A DNA stretch of 64,000 nucleotides from Enterococcus phage vB_OCPT_CCS1, in the sequence record ON113170.1; one strand, 5' to 3'. The notes beneath the pieces were generated by a model. That model did no database searches and was not told the origin of the DNA. It saw only the letters and a list, made by a program, of their open reading frames with translations. The first letter of the stretch is position 1, and the number at the start of each line of letters is the position of its first letter. This document shows, piece after piece, positions 63,759 through 64,000 of this stretch. The position numbers were made by a program, and so were the translations under genes.

Positions 63759-64000
63759 ATGGAAAACACAAAAAAATATACATTAGAGGACTTGAAACAA
63801 CTAGCAAAAGAAAGCGGGTTTGAAATTGAGGAGGTAAAACCAAAATTACACGATATTAATCGTTATTATTGGAGCGGTAGCATTTATGGCGGTTCAGACT
63901 TCATTTTTATTGACCACGATTTAAAAATTATTGTAACAGGTAACACACGAGCAACAAAAAGCGACATGTATACAAGAAATAACACGGAATGCAAACGAAA
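63759..64000 (+). CDS. early protein, 3' end truncated by window edge
   Basis: ATG after AAGAAAGAGAGTGATAAAA. Reading frame open to the end of the window. Confidence 0.4.
   Translation, partial: MENTKKYTLEDLKQLAKESGFEIEEVKPKLHDINRYYWSGSIYGGSDFIFIDHDLKIIVTGNTRATKSDMYTRNNTECKR

Overview
The window looks like a contiguous, all plus-strand stretch of a large virulent Bacillus myovirus of the SPO1/Bastille type (Herelleviridae-like gene order, about 38-40% GC). The family assignment is an inference from gene order and content, since no database search was possible. It contains, in order: (1) a baseplate and tail-fibre module (1-16.1 kb) with a LysM/gp25-like wedge protein, a J-like protein and three very large fibre or adsorption proteins with Big_2 and repeated carbohydrate-binding-like domains; (2) a free-standing HNH endonuclease; (3) a replication and recombination module (17.6-41.1 kb) with an SF2 helicase, a Rep-like protein, a DnaB-like helicase, SbcD/SbcC, primase, a dUTPase, a resolvase-like nuclease, an HU/TF1-like protein, a family-A DNA polymerase split by a group I intron carrying an HNH gene, a RecA-like recombinase and a sigma factor; (4) an accessory cluster (43-53 kb) with a metallophosphoesterase, a VRR-NUC-like nuclease and a translationally coupled nucleotidyltransferase plus large Cys/His protein pair; (5) a host-takeover-like early region (54-64 kb) of small genes, each behind a near-consensus TTGACA-17-TATAAT promoter, interspersed with two kinds of direct-repeat arrays (TAGGATAGGA and 25-bp GTAGCGGGCTAC units), a duplicated 71-bp promoter-operator cassette and an 800-aa acidic HTH protein. 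The most notable sequence-level observations are: the dUTPase reading frame is interrupted by an in-frame TAA with catalytic motifs IV-V encoded downstream in the same frame; the repeat-array architecture occurs twice near the 3' end; and the sigma-gene terminator hairpin sequesters the next gene's RBS. No CRISPR array, tRNA, integrase or other lysogeny functions were found.
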